From Gordius albopunctatus (taxonomy: Eukaryota), in contig OZ193910.1 of assembly GCA_964276515.1 (NCBI GenBank), positions 4,278,001 to 4,342,000 on the forward strand: DNA of 64,000 nt. Reading direction: 5' to 3'. Below are positions 63,735 to 64,000 of the stretch, piece by piece. The stretch's first letter is position 1, and the number at the start of each line of letters is the position of its first letter. Position numbers and translations under genes: made by a program. The notes beneath the pieces were generated by a model. The model made no database searches, was not told where the DNA came from, and saw only the letters and a list, made by a program, of their open reading frames with translations.

Positions 63735-64000
63735 CTAGCTGTGCCCGGCCAAGCGTTGCTTTGGCTCAGTCCTTAAGTGGTTAAATAAGTATAAACTATT
63801 AATAAGACTTATCTAAAATGGGGTCATATATGAAATAATAATTCAAATAAATAAAATATCCATAATATTTATTTAGAGCACGAATTTTATCACTTCATGG
63901 ATTTTATGAACCCACTATTTTTAGTATATATATAATAAGACAAACCAAATGCGAATTCTGTTTTAGTCATCAAATTCGACTAAAATTAAATGTTTTTGAA
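63735..64000 (-). mobile_element. Helitron 3' portion (same family as 28371-31024), runs off the window
   Basis: Reverse complement matches about 28865-29075 joined directly to 30972-31024, including the hairpin and CTAG. Confidence 0.9.

Overview
AT-rich eukaryotic (invertebrate-animal-like) genomic DNA with spliceosomal introns, some only 36-45 nt. Six host genes were reconstructed by hand: RPS11 (+, 4 exons); an uninterrupted Myt1/PKMYT1-like kinase ORF that fills almost all of RPS11 intron 1 on the same strand; puromycin-sensitive aminopeptidase (-); a BTB/POZ (KCTD-like) gene (+); a GH79 heparanase (-); and DNAJC16 (-). The rest is dense, often nested, mobile DNA: hAT elements and MITEs with 8-bp TSDs, RTE LINEs, a CRE-like fragment, a solo LTR, Helitrons, Harbinger and Tc1/mariner-type MITEs, and a decayed Gypsy element. 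Three observations stand out. (1) The kinase appears to share the RPS11 promoter and first exon, through an in-frame 34-nt micro-intron or a uORF, and has its own intronic poly(A) signal. (2) Two halves of a DIRS-like retroelement carry hepadnavirus-polymerase-like motifs and no visible recombinase. (3) Housekeeping genes show sharp 5'-restricted CpG depletion. All calls come from reading the sequence; no searches were run.
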